DNA from: Bryobacterales bacterium | Lineage (GTDB): Bacteria; Acidobacteriota; Terriglobia; Bryobacterales; UBA6623 | DNA length: 64,000 nucleotides | Direction: 5' to 3' | Assembly (NCBI GenBank): GCA_965248105.1 | Contig: CBDFIK010000006.1 | Location: 2,145,926-2,209,925, forward strand | Part shown: positions 1 to 8,206 of the stretch, one piece after another | Position numbering within the stretch: position 1 is the first letter of the stretch | Layout: each line of letters starts with the position of its first letter | Made by a program: the position numbers and the translations under genes | Notes under the pieces: generated by a model | What the model was told of the DNA's origin: nothing | Seen by the model: only the letters and a program-made list of their open reading frames with translations | Database searches by the model: none

Positions 1-289
1 GCAGTAACTCGGCGAAAATCTCCCAATGACGTTCTCCCGGGGCCAGAACCGTAACGGAGGGAACCGCGAGCCACTGCGACACAATCGCGACGGATTCGCG
101 AGTCGTGAATGGCGCTTCAAAAACCCGTGAAGATGTGCTTATTCGGATGAACGCGGTGATCGTCTGCCAACTCAGGCAGAAGGGTGCAGCCGACGATAAG
201 GCGTCCTCCAACCATACCTTCGCCGCCTTATGACGATCAGTCGACGGGTGATAAGCGTATAGAAGAAGGTTGGCATCGACGAGCCTCAT
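1..289 (-). CDS. vapC: PIN-domain toxin VapC, 3' end runs off the window
   Basis: Minus-strand translation from the ATG at 289 reads MRLVDANLLLYAYHPSTDRHKAAKVWLEDAL..., a typical PIN/VapC N-terminus. Its start overlaps the stop of the upstream antitoxin as ATGA (286-289). Confidence 0.8.
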   Translation of the reverse strand, partial: MRLVDANLLLYAYHPSTDRHKAAKVWLEDALSSAAPFCLSWQTITAFIRISTSSRVFEAPFTTRESVAIVSQWLAVPSVTVLAPGERHWEIFAELL

Positions 290-558
290 CGACGAGGCGG
301 CCCCTCGAGATCCTCCAGGAGTGACGACACACAGTCCAACTCGAAGCCGGGACGGAGTCCCGTATCCCGAGTACGCACGGTAAACGGCTTGCGGGGTTTC
401 ATGGTTCGCTTGGCGTTGAGACCCAAACGTAGCGTTTCGTTAACAACTTGCTTGAAGGGACGGCCCGCTTTCTTGGCGACCTCGCCCAGTTTGGCAGCGA
501 TATCATCGTCGAGAGTCAGGGTCGTTCGCACATCTTGATGATATTTTGGAAGCATCAA
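286..558 (-). CDS. vapB: VapB-type antitoxin (RHH/DUF2191-like)
   Basis: 90-aa ORF containing RTTLTLDDDIAAKLGEVAKKAGRPFKQVVNETLRLGL. It lies directly upstream of, and overlaps, the PIN toxin. Confidence 0.8.
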   Translation of the reverse strand: MMLPKYHQDVRTTLTLDDDIAAKLGEVAKKAGRPFKQVVNETLRLGLNAKRTMKPRKPFTVRTRDTGLRPGFELDCVSSLLEDLEGPPRR

Positions 559-761
559 GATGTCAACGGTAAGTTGGTGGATCTTTCGGCAGAGCGGCGG
601 CTACCGGCGCGCATACATAAGCAGATCGCCTGAAGAGGCTTTTCTTTTGGCGGGGTCAACCGTGGCGTTACCGCTGCCGCTGGTCGTGCCACTTGCCGGA
701 CCGATACGGGTTGGAGCACTCGGGGGTATGTGCCAGGAATTGCAACTTGCTGTTGAAGGAA

Positions 762-2663
762 TCAACCAGATTTCGGGTTCGTCAATGTAGAAACCACCAC
801 GGGGACCTGTCCAGCCGTCTTCTGGCTTACCTCAGCGGCCAGATTCTGCAATTCTGCCACGTGCTGAGGTGCAGTCTCTGGATCAGCGCCCTCTGCAATA
901 ACGGGGTGTAGACCCACTCGTCCCTTTTCCTGCAGCAGCTTTGTGAGGGTCTCAGCGGGTAAGGGCCGGCTGAAAAGGTATCCCTGCGCATTCGTGCATC
1001 CTAAGGAACGCAGAAAAGCCAACTGTTCTTCGGATTCCACGCCTTCGGCAGTGACCTCGAGTTCCAAACTGTGCGCCAATGAAGCCACCGCTGCAACAAT
1101 CCCAACACTACCAGTATCTCCCTTACTGAGACGACTCACAAACGTGTGATCGATTTTCAAGGTCTGCAGCGGGAAACGGCGTAGATAGCTCAAGGAGGAA
1201 TAACCCGTCCCGAAATCGTCGATCGCAAACCGTACCCCCATGTCCGCCAATTCACCCACTGTTCTTGAGGTGGCCTCTGGGTCTTGCAGAAGGGTGCTTT
1301 CAGTCAGCTCTAGTTCGAGAAAACGGGGGTCCAAGCCGGTTTCCTCTAATATCTTAGAAACGCTGGCTGCGAATTCTTGTCGCCGCAATTGGACGGCAGA
1401 AACGTTGACCGCTATACCTAGGAGAGAGCAAGAGTCTGTCCGCTGCCAAGCCTTGGTTTGGGCACAGGCGGTTCGCAAAACCCACTCGCCGATTGGCAAG
1501 ATCAATCCTGTTTCTTCCGCTGTCGGAATGAACTCTGCCGGACAGACAAGGCCACGAGTGGGATGATTCCAGCGCAGCAGAGCCTCGCAATCAACGATCT
1601 TTCCGGTGTTGAGAGCTACAATCGGTTGGTAGTAGACACAGAATTGGTCATCCTGAACGGCCCGGTGCAGATCGGCTTCTAGTTGCAACTGTGCCATGGC
1701 CCGCTTGTGCATGTGGTCGTCGAACATCTGGTAGTGTCCCTTCCCGGCGGCCTTGGCATGGTACATAGCCGTGTCGGCATCCCGCAGTAGATCCTCGGGC
1801 TGCTGACAATGGAGCGTGTGGAAGGCAATTCCGCTGCTGGCGATGCTGACGATCTCTCGGCCCTCTAGGTGATAGGGCCTGGTGAGTTCCTTGTGGAGCC
1901 TGATGGCGAAGCGTTCGGCGTCAAGGTGCTCTTTGAGATCCTCAAGGAGGATCGCAAACTCATCTCCTCCTAGACGCGCTACGATATCTTCGTTCCGCAG
2001 ACAGGCTTCTATCCTTTGAGCGGTCTGCACCAGCAATAGATCCCCAACCCTGTGTCCAAGGCTGTCGTTAACGAGCTTGAAGCGATCCAGGTCCACGAAA
2101 ACTACGGCAAATAAATAACCCTGTCGACGCTGTGCCCGGGCATAGGCTAATCGCAGCCTCTCCATAAACAGGAGCCGATTCGCTAGGCCAGTCAGCGAAT
2201 CGTGAAGAGCATCATCCTTCATTTGATGTCGTAGTTGCTCCTCGGCCCGCTTGCGCTCGCCGAGGATACGGCCCAACAAAACAATGCTCAAGTACACCAC
2301 GAAACTGAGCGACAGTTCGGAGCGCAGGATCACTAAGCTCATAACGGCCTCTTCTGCCTGGAGGCCTATGATTTGGTACACGGTTATAAGTATCAGCATT
2401 AACTTCAGCAATGCGGTCGCCCACCACCGCAGAAGGTGTCGGAGAACGAAGTAAAACATCGTGGCCACAACAACAGTCAAGATCGAGATTGCCAGCATGA
2501 GGGACTGTGTTTCACCCAGACCTGCCAGAGGCTGCAACGCCAGTAGAGCCAGCATCATCGGTAGAAACACTAGCCGCCAATCCCGTTGACGCCAGACCAA
2601 TACCACGCCCCAGACCGTCGCGAGGACGCGAAGTAGCACAGAAATGGAAAAGAGAGCATTCAT
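762..2663 (-). CDS. Membrane-anchored diguanylate cyclase/phosphodiesterase (GGDEF + EAL)
   Basis: 633-aa ORF with a hydrophobic N-terminus. Carries RLGGDEFAILL (GGDEF) plus the EAL-domain motifs EALLRW, DDFGTGYSSLSYL, KIDHTFV and EGVESEEQ. Confidence 0.9.
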   Translation of the reverse strand: MNALFSISVLLRVLATVWGVVLVWRQRDWRLVFLPMMLALLALQPLAGLGETQSLMLAISILTVVVATMFYFVLRHLLRWWATALLKLMLILITVYQIIGLQAEEAVMSLVILRSELSLSFVVYLSIVLLGRILGERKRAEEQLRHQMKDDALHDSLTGLANRLLFMERLRLAYARAQRRQGYLFAVVFVDLDRFKLVNDSLGHRVGDLLLVQTAQRIEACLRNEDIVARLGGDEFAILLEDLKEHLDAERFAIRLHKELTRPYHLEGREIVSIASSGIAFHTLHCQQPEDLLRDADTAMYHAKAAGKGHYQMFDDHMHKRAMAQLQLEADLHRAVQDDQFCVYYQPIVALNTGKIVDCEALLRWNHPTRGLVCPAEFIPTAEETGLILPIGEWVLRTACAQTKAWQRTDSCSLLGIAVNVSAVQLRRQEFAASVSKILEETGLDPRFLELELTESTLLQDPEATSRTVGELADMGVRFAIDDFGTGYSSLSYLRRFPLQTLKIDHTFVSRLSKGDTGSVGIVAAVASLAHSLELEVTAEGVESEEQLAFLRSLGCTNAQGYLFSRPLPAETLTKLLQEKGRVGLHPVIAEGADPETAPQHVAELQNLAAEVSQKTAGQVPVVVSTLTNPKSG

Positions 2664-2896
2664 CTAGTTTCTGCCTCCAGCCGATCCTGACAAATTTCGT
2701 TCAATCGGTACCAGTAGAGGCGACGTGATTTTCTTGGGGGCATACTACTAACTCTGGATATACTCTACAACTGAAGCCCACCGAGATCGATAAACGGTTC
2801 AATGCACTTTGCTAGCAAATCCTTCTCTACGTCGCGGTGAACTAAGGTACTATTGCCGTTTATGCCGAACTACGTAATACGATGTCCGCGTCGTTT

Positions 2897-3440
2897 CTAC
2901 TCGGAGGGAATTCTATAAGCAGCCCTGGCCAACGCTGGCTTGAAGGCCTGTCCTTCGCCAAAACTCCACAGCCGATCGGTGTGATTGACCGTACCAACAC
3001 TCATCAGGCTGCCACGCCGCAGGGCGGAAATCGCTTCGACTTGGAGACGGGCCGGCCTTGGCTGCGAGGGACACGATATTTTGTTTCCGGCACGCAGCCC
3101 AGCACCCCGAGTTTCATCAGCTTCGAGCCTTCGGTCAGCAGCGCCAACCCGAAGTCCAAGGATTTTCACTTGTCCTTTAGGCTTGATGAACAGGTTGGCG
3201 GGTTTGATGTCGCGATGTGTGACTCCCTTCCGATGTGCGTCCCCGAGGCCGTCGGCGACTTAGCAGGTCGGTTCCAGGGCTTCCTTGAGCGGCAGAGGCC
3301 TCGGTCGATGTTCATCTCCAGGCTTGCGCCCGCGATGAACTCCAAGGCGAGAAAGGTTTTCCCTTCGACTTCGTCAATCTCGTATATCGTGCAGATGTTC
3401 GGGTGGTTCAGCGCCCCGGCGGGTTTCACCTCTCTGTCCT
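2897..3440 (-). pseudogene. Ser/Thr protein kinase remnant (frameshifts and an in-frame stop)
   Basis: Kinase motifs are spread over three minus-strand frames. These are LNHPNICTIYEIDEVEGKTFLALEFIAG, then TAA, then VADGLGDAHRKGVTHRDIKPANLFIKPKGQVKIL, then LDFGLALLTEGS in another frame. No N-terminal glycine loop and no intact C-terminus. Confidence 0.75.
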
Positions 3441-3465
3441 ATACATTCCGGCAAGCCCGCCGCGC

Positions 3466-4500
3466 GATGAAACTAGCAGAGCTACAGCAGCAAGTAAAGC
3501 CTGACGTGCAAAAATACCTTCCCGGCAGCTTCAGCGGACGGATTGACGGTGTGGTCTCTGAATCCTTCGACGGATGGGTGGAAGCCTTGGATACGTTCGT
3601 CGAGAATCTTGCTGGGAACGGGCCGGAAAGTTTCGGTGACACACTGATTTCTCTCGACCTGTCGGTTCCGGCGGTAATCGCTTCCGGGTGGCTCAACGCC
3701 CCCCCCGAAAGACCCGAAGAACTATGCCAACATGTCACGGCGGATTCAAGCAGCCCTGAAGGAGCTCATCCCCTTCTACTACTTCCAAGATCCCAAGAGG
3801 TATAAGAACCTCGACGCGACTGCTCTGTTACTTCTCTATTCGTCGATTCCACCGTCAACCAGTGTCAAAGTGGGAGGCAGTAGCGTAACGCTGAACACCG
3901 ACAAGAAAGTTTACTGGAACTCGCCCGACCGCGAGCAGCGACGCCGCATGGCGGGCATTTCGATGACTTCTGCCAACCTAAAAGAGGCGATCGTTCGCGC
4001 CTTCGAAGTGCTTTCCACTCGCCCGGATCTGAATAAGACCCTGCAGTTCTACGAAGGCAACTTGGCACTGCAACGCATTATCAGCACGAGTTTGAAGCAG
4101 GCCGGGGACCGATGCTTACAATCGTTGTTGCGCAACGAAGCGATCGTTGTCGAACACGCTTTCTAAGCGGGTTGCCAGAGGGCTGAGTTTCGTAAGAGCC
4201 GAAGCAAGAAACCGAGTGAGGCGATTGAAGCCCTGGTAAAGTTCGGGGCCAACTTGACTAAGGCGCGAGAACATCAGCAGCGTCTACGGAGGAGGGGCAT
4301 TGCGACTGTTGGGGACTCTTGTCTTCATGGAAGCAGCACGAGGACTCGTCAAGCCTCAGCAGCTGAACGGGAAGCCAAGCGCGATGTTTTCTTTGTCAGT
4401 CCTGAAGCAAGAAGCGCGATTTAATCCGCTGGACTTCGCAAAGAATCAGCTGCCCCCCTCACGGCCGCAATCGTCGAAACGTCTGGAAGAAACGAGATGA
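3466..4500 (+). pseudogene. Unknown-function gene broken by a frameshift at a C8 tract, an in-frame TAA and a further frameshift
   Basis: Protein-like sequence begins MKLAELQQQVKPDVQKYLPG... and switches frame at ccccccccc-like run 3699-3706 into ..KDPKNYANMSRRIQAALKELIPFYYFQDPKRYKNL... It then reads on past the TAA at 4164 (..KKPSEAIEALVKFGANLTKA..) and changes frame again (..LLGTLVFMEAARGLVKPQQL..). Confidence 0.45.
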
Positions 4501-4609
4501 GAGGACAACACCGCGGGAGTTGGCTCTTAACCTAAACCCTTCAACGAGTCCGTAACCGGGTGAATTCCGCTCGCTCCTGCTCCCCGAACGAGACTGTGCA
4601 GAATGGTAG

Positions 4610-4667
4610 CGCCTGCCCGCAGCCGGTTGATTGCCGACAGATCTTCTAAGGTCGTGAAGGTCGCCCG
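4610..4667 (-). repeat. Displaced copy of the acs 3' end (att-like direct repeat, distal copy)
   Basis: ccggttgattgccgacagatcttctaaggtcgtgaaggtcgcccg matches 8234-8277 inside acs (ccggttgatcaccgacagatcttctaaggtcgtgatgtcgcccg). It translates as ..TTLEDLSAINRL.. against acs ..[12 protein letters not shown].. Confidence 0.7.
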
Positions 4668-4936
4668 CAGCGTGTACCGGGAGTAAAGTCGTTGCACCGT
4701 AAAATCAAAGGAGAGCTAATAGGTCACGATTTATGTTCTGATTCCCGAAAACAGTAGTCGACTGCATACTTCGTTAGCGAGATCTGCTCTCTCTCGTCTC
4801 CCTGGTACGGCTTTAGAATCAATCATGTAAAGCCACATGGAAACGCGCAGCCTTGTTCCATTTACGGAACAATTACGCGGAGCCCCGCCAGACCGTTGAC
4901 AAGGAGTGTCGCAATAGTGAATGGTTGGCGGGTCCC

Positions 4937-5767
4937 ATGGGCTTGCTTCCGCTGCGAAGAGGTTCCCCCGGCACTGCTGTGATGGTGCTACAGCTCCGCC
5001 TCGAAGAACTGGGGTTCGACCCCGGTGGCATTGACGGCAGCTTCGGTCCGGGAACGGAGCGTGCCGTCCGCGCTTTCCAAAACATCAATCGCTTGACAGT
5101 CGACGGGGTCGTGGGCGACACGACTGCGGCGGCGCTGAACTTCGATCCCAATGCAGAGATGCCGTCCGGATTTCCGGGCGTCAGCGTCACGGCCGTGTCG
5201 CGGATGTTTTCGCCGCATACGCCGCTCAAGAACATCCGCGAGCACCTGCCCAACCTCCTCGGGGCCTTAGTGGACTCGGAGCTGCGGGACCAAAAGATGG
5301 TCCTGATGGCCTTGTCGTCGATCCGAGCGGAGACCGAAGGTTTCAAGCCCATTAGCGAGTTGAAGTCTACATTCAACACGTCCCCCGACGGACACGACTT
5401 CGATCTCTACGACGATCGCAGGGACCTCGGCAACCAAGGCAAACCTGACGGTGAACGCTTCAAAGGCCGCGGATTCATTCAGTTAACGGGCCGCGACAAT
5501 TATCAGCGACACGGGGCAGCTATTGGATTGGGGGACCAGCTCGTCGAAGAACCTGATCTTGCCAACGACCCCGACATCGCCTCGAAACTCCTCGCGAGTT
5601 TCATCAAAGGCCAGGAATCGGGAATCCGCGCGGCCCTCGCAGAAGACGACCTCCGCCAAGCTCGGAAGCTGGTCAACGGCGGCAGCCACGGGCTAGATCG
5701 GTTTACGGAAGCGTATCGCAAAGGGCAAGAAGTGATCGTGGAGGATTTGGAGTTGAGGAGCGCCTAA
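4937..5767 (+). CDS. Peptidoglycan-binding domain + GH19 (chitinase/lysozyme-like) hydrolase, endolysin-like
   Basis: PG_binding_1-like segment LRRGSPGTAVMVLQLRLEELGFDPGGIDGSFGPGTERAVRAFQ...VDGVVG. GH19-like segments IRAETEGF and FKGRGFIQLTGRDNYQRHG. No signal peptide. The ORF track begins at TTG 4853; ATG 4937 is the more likely start. Confidence 0.8.
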   Translation: MGLLPLRRGSPGTAVMVLQLRLEELGFDPGGIDGSFGPGTERAVRAFQNINRLTVDGVVGDTTAAALNFDPNAEMPSGFPGVSVTAVSRMFSPHTPLKNIREHLPNLLGALVDSELRDQKMVLMALSSIRAETEGFKPISELKSTFNTSPDGHDFDLYDDRRDLGNQGKPDGERFKGRGFIQLTGRDNYQRHGAAIGLGDQLVEEPDLANDPDIASKLLASFIKGQESGIRAALAEDDLRQARKLVNGGSHGLDRFTEAYRKGQEVIVEDLELRSA

Positions 5768-5823
5768 CCGGGCTCGAGCCTTGAACAAAATGACCCCAAC
5801 AGAATCAGGAGGAGGACCTAACC

Positions 5824-6432
5824 ATGGCAGACGATACGAACACCACTGAAGAAGACGGCCCGAAGACGGCGCCAAGCGGAAACGATCCAGCCACGGAGGG
5901 CGCTGCCGGAGGCGCCGCGAGTGGCGGCGAAACTGGGGCGGGGGCCGGTGACTCCGGAGACGCAGAGAGTGGCGGTGAAGCTGAGGCCGGGGCCGGGGCC
6001 GAAGCCGCTTCATCTTCAGCCACGAAGTCTAGGCTGGTGAAACTGGCCGAAAAGCTTGGCGGGGCGGAAGTGGGAACACAGATCGGCTCGCTGGTCGACA
6101 TCTGGAACGACGAGGGCATCTCACCAGAAGAAGTCCAGAAGATCGTCGATGATTTGGCGAAACGCGACGAGGAGCGTCAAGCGACACTAGAAGCCCTCGC
6201 CGACAAGATCAAAGACATCAACGATCAGATTGGCTCCAAGATGGAGCTCATCAAACAGTCGGAGCTTGCGATTGCGGCCATCGACCAGGAGATCGACAGG
6301 ATCGAGCAGAAAATCGAAGAAGCATCGCAAAAAACAAACGAGGGAATGCAAGAAACACAGCGACGCAAGGATGCGTTGGCTAAGCTAAAAGCAGAATTCG
6401 CAAAAATGCGGGAGGACGCTGTGGAGCCGTAA
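5824..6432 (+). CDS. Hypothetical protein: acidic Gly/Ala/Glu-rich N-terminus plus coiled coil
   Basis: 202-aa ORF with a strong RBS (aggaggagg) upstream. The C-terminal half shows heptad-like charged repeats (..IDQEIDRIEQKIEEASQK..). Confidence 0.6.
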   Translation: MADDTNTTEEDGPKTAPSGNDPATEGAAGGAASGGETGAGAGDSGDAESGGEAEAGAGAEAASSSATKSRLVKLAEKLGGAEVGTQIGSLVDIWNDEGISPEEVQKIVDDLAKRDEERQATLEALADKIKDINDQIGSKMELIKQSELAIAAIDQEIDRIEQKIEEASQKTNEGMQETQRRKDALAKLKAEFAKMREDAVEP

Positions 6433-6453
6433 GCCGACCTTTAGGAATGTGTC

Positions 6454-6852
6454 ATGCCCTTCAGTAACCGAGTTTGCGCGACCGTTTTAACGGTCTGCTT
6501 TACGTGTTTCGTGTTTTCGGCTACAGAGTTAGGACGAGCGAGTGGCCAGAGCCCTGCAGCCCAGCAAAAAGACAGTCTGGCAGAATCGACCATTGACACC
6601 CAAGAAGCGATCGAGGTCGAGAACAAGTGCCAAGACCCCGAAAAATGCATCGGAGAGTGCAGCCGGCTACAGACGCAGCTAGCCTCCTCACGACAAGAGG
6701 TTGTGCGTCTGCGGGGCGATGTTATAAAACTGAGGACGTCCAAACTAGACAAACGCGAAAAAGAGCGGCAAAAACGCCTGGCCAAGCTTAGGGATGGCAA
6801 GAAAGACTGGCAAAAGTTAAGAGACTCGGTGAATACTGGCGAAAATAAATAA
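6454..6852 (+). CDS. Hypothetical N-terminally anchored/secreted coiled-coil protein
   Basis: 132 aa. Hydrophobic N-terminus (VCATVLTVCFTCFVFSA), a Cys cluster (CQDPEKCIGEC), and a basic coiled-coil tail. Confidence 0.55.
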   Translation: MPFSNRVCATVLTVCFTCFVFSATELGRASGQSPAAQQKDSLAESTIDTQEAIEVENKCQDPEKCIGECSRLQTQLASSRQEVVRLRGDVIKLRTSKLDKREKERQKRLAKLRDGKKDWQKLRDSVNTGENK

Positions 6853-6939
6853 CAGGATGAGGAAAGACTCAAGCTGAGGAAAGACTATAGTGGGAAGGGA
6901 ATCAGCGTCAACACACATTGAAGGCCATTGGGAGAAACT

Positions 6940-7398
6940 ATGAACCCTGTTAAACATGTACTGCCTGTCGCGTGCCTGGTCATGCTGTCGGCCGCGCCTG
7001 CCATCTTTGCTCAACCGGAAACCAGCAAAGGGCTTCTTGCGAAAGCTGAGCAAATCATAGCGATCCAAGAAACGGTGATCGAGAGCCAGGATAAGGACAT
7101 ATCCAATTTGCAGGCTGAGATCCGGTTACGCGATGAATTGATTGAAGAGGTTAAAGCTCGCACCGCTGAACAGAACAATCTGATCGAACTATACAAGGGT
7201 GTAGCCGGGCTGAAAGACGAAGTCATCAATTCCCAGAAGGAGCAAATTGCAGTGTACCTCGAATCTGTGAAAGATCGTGACGCGGTGATCAAGCAGCTCG
7301 CGCAACCAAGAAAGACCAGCACTTGGCAAAAGATCGCAGAGTCCATCACCCCAGTGGCTAGTATCATAGCGATTGCAATCGCGTCCAACGGCAACTAA
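6940..7398 (+). CDS. Hypothetical protein with N-terminal signal peptide, coiled coil and C-terminal TM anchor
   Basis: MNPVKHVLPVACLVMLSAAPAIFA/QP signal sequence, coiled-coil body, C-terminal ITPVASIIAIAIASNGN. RBS gggag lies before ATG 6940. The ORF track starts at 6928. Confidence 0.55.
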   Translation: MNPVKHVLPVACLVMLSAAPAIFAQPETSKGLLAKAEQIIAIQETVIESQDKDISNLQAEIRLRDELIEEVKARTAEQNNLIELYKGVAGLKDEVINSQKEQIAVYLESVKDRDAVIKQLAQPRKTSTWQKIAESITPVASIIAIAIASNGN

Positions 7399-7448
7399 CA
7401 GATGCCCGCCGCACCGCACGCCGGATACGCGAGAGCAGCGAAGCTGAA

Positions 7449-8036
7449 TCATTTGCGATCGAGGTTAAGTAGGTTCCTAAGCTCGACGATATCTTTGTCT
7501 TGATCCTCTATCAGCTCCCACTGCTCCTCGATGAGCTCATCCGCTTTCCGGACGAGATTTCTCAGGTTTTCGACCTTTTTCTGGTCCCCGGCAGCCGTCT
7601 TCACAACGGCATCCACAGCTGTGGACAGATCATTTGGCAGGGAGCGTGCCTGGTCTCGCAGGCTCCGAATGTGGTCAGACGCCTCAATCCCCTCCGTAGT
7701 AGCTACCTCCAACCTTCGTAGAAGCTCGTCTGCCTTTTCGTTGGCCGTTTGCAATTTCGGTAAGGCAGTATAAAGGGTCACACCGTGCAAAGCGAGAGCA
7801 AGTGTCAAGGGAACACCGACAAGTACTCCGTAAAGCTTGGCCCATCTCAGCACTTTGTCGGTCACGGCGTGAGCTATTTCCGAAACGACGAGGTCGCGCC
7901 TCTTGAAGCGCGCGTTAACGGCTTGTTGAACTTCTCGTTTGACGGTTAAGCGTAGGCGCATCTCGATCGGCTCACCACAGTCCCCGCAATACGTTTTGCT
8001 TTCGGGATTTTCGGATTTGCAGTTTGGGCATTTCAT
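7449..8036 (-). CDS. Zinc-ribbon, single-TM, coiled-coil protein
   Basis: MKCPNCKSENPESKTYCGDCG zinc ribbon, TM segment LYGVLVGVPLTLALALHGVTLY, and a C-terminal coiled coil. RBS aggag lies 8 nt upstream. Confidence 0.65.
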   Translation of the reverse strand: MKCPNCKSENPESKTYCGDCGEPIEMRLRLTVKREVQQAVNARFKRRDLVVSEIAHAVTDKVLRWAKLYGVLVGVPLTLALALHGVTLYTALPKLQTANEKADELLRRLEVATTEGIEASDHIRSLRDQARSLPNDLSTAVDAVVKTAAGDQKKVENLRNLVRKADELIEEQWELIEDQDKDIVELRNLLNLDRK

Positions 8037-8206
8037 TTGACCAACTCCTGTGCGGTTTGGAAGAAATCAAAGGAGATTATACAGCAGGTCACCCGTGAAG
8101 CAGCTGCCCAACCCGGGAATAGCGTCCGACCAGGAATCTCGATCCTGTCGAGGCCAGACGTACAGCAGATTTTCAGCAAGTCGTTAAAAGCTGCAGCTCC
8201 AGACGC

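Noticed and set aside
2882-3805. 307-aa plus-strand ORF
   Set aside because: It runs antisense to clear kinase motifs for its first ~550 nt. Only its last part (from ~3466) looks protein-like, and that belongs to the frameshifted gene called separately.
6858-6886. tgaggaaagact repeated twice 17 nt apart (gaggaaag resembles the RNase P P4 strand)
   Set aside because: It lacks the GTCCGGGC continuation and any surrounding RNase P structure. It is more likely a duplicated RBS-like or operator string in the 75-nt gap before the 6940 gene.
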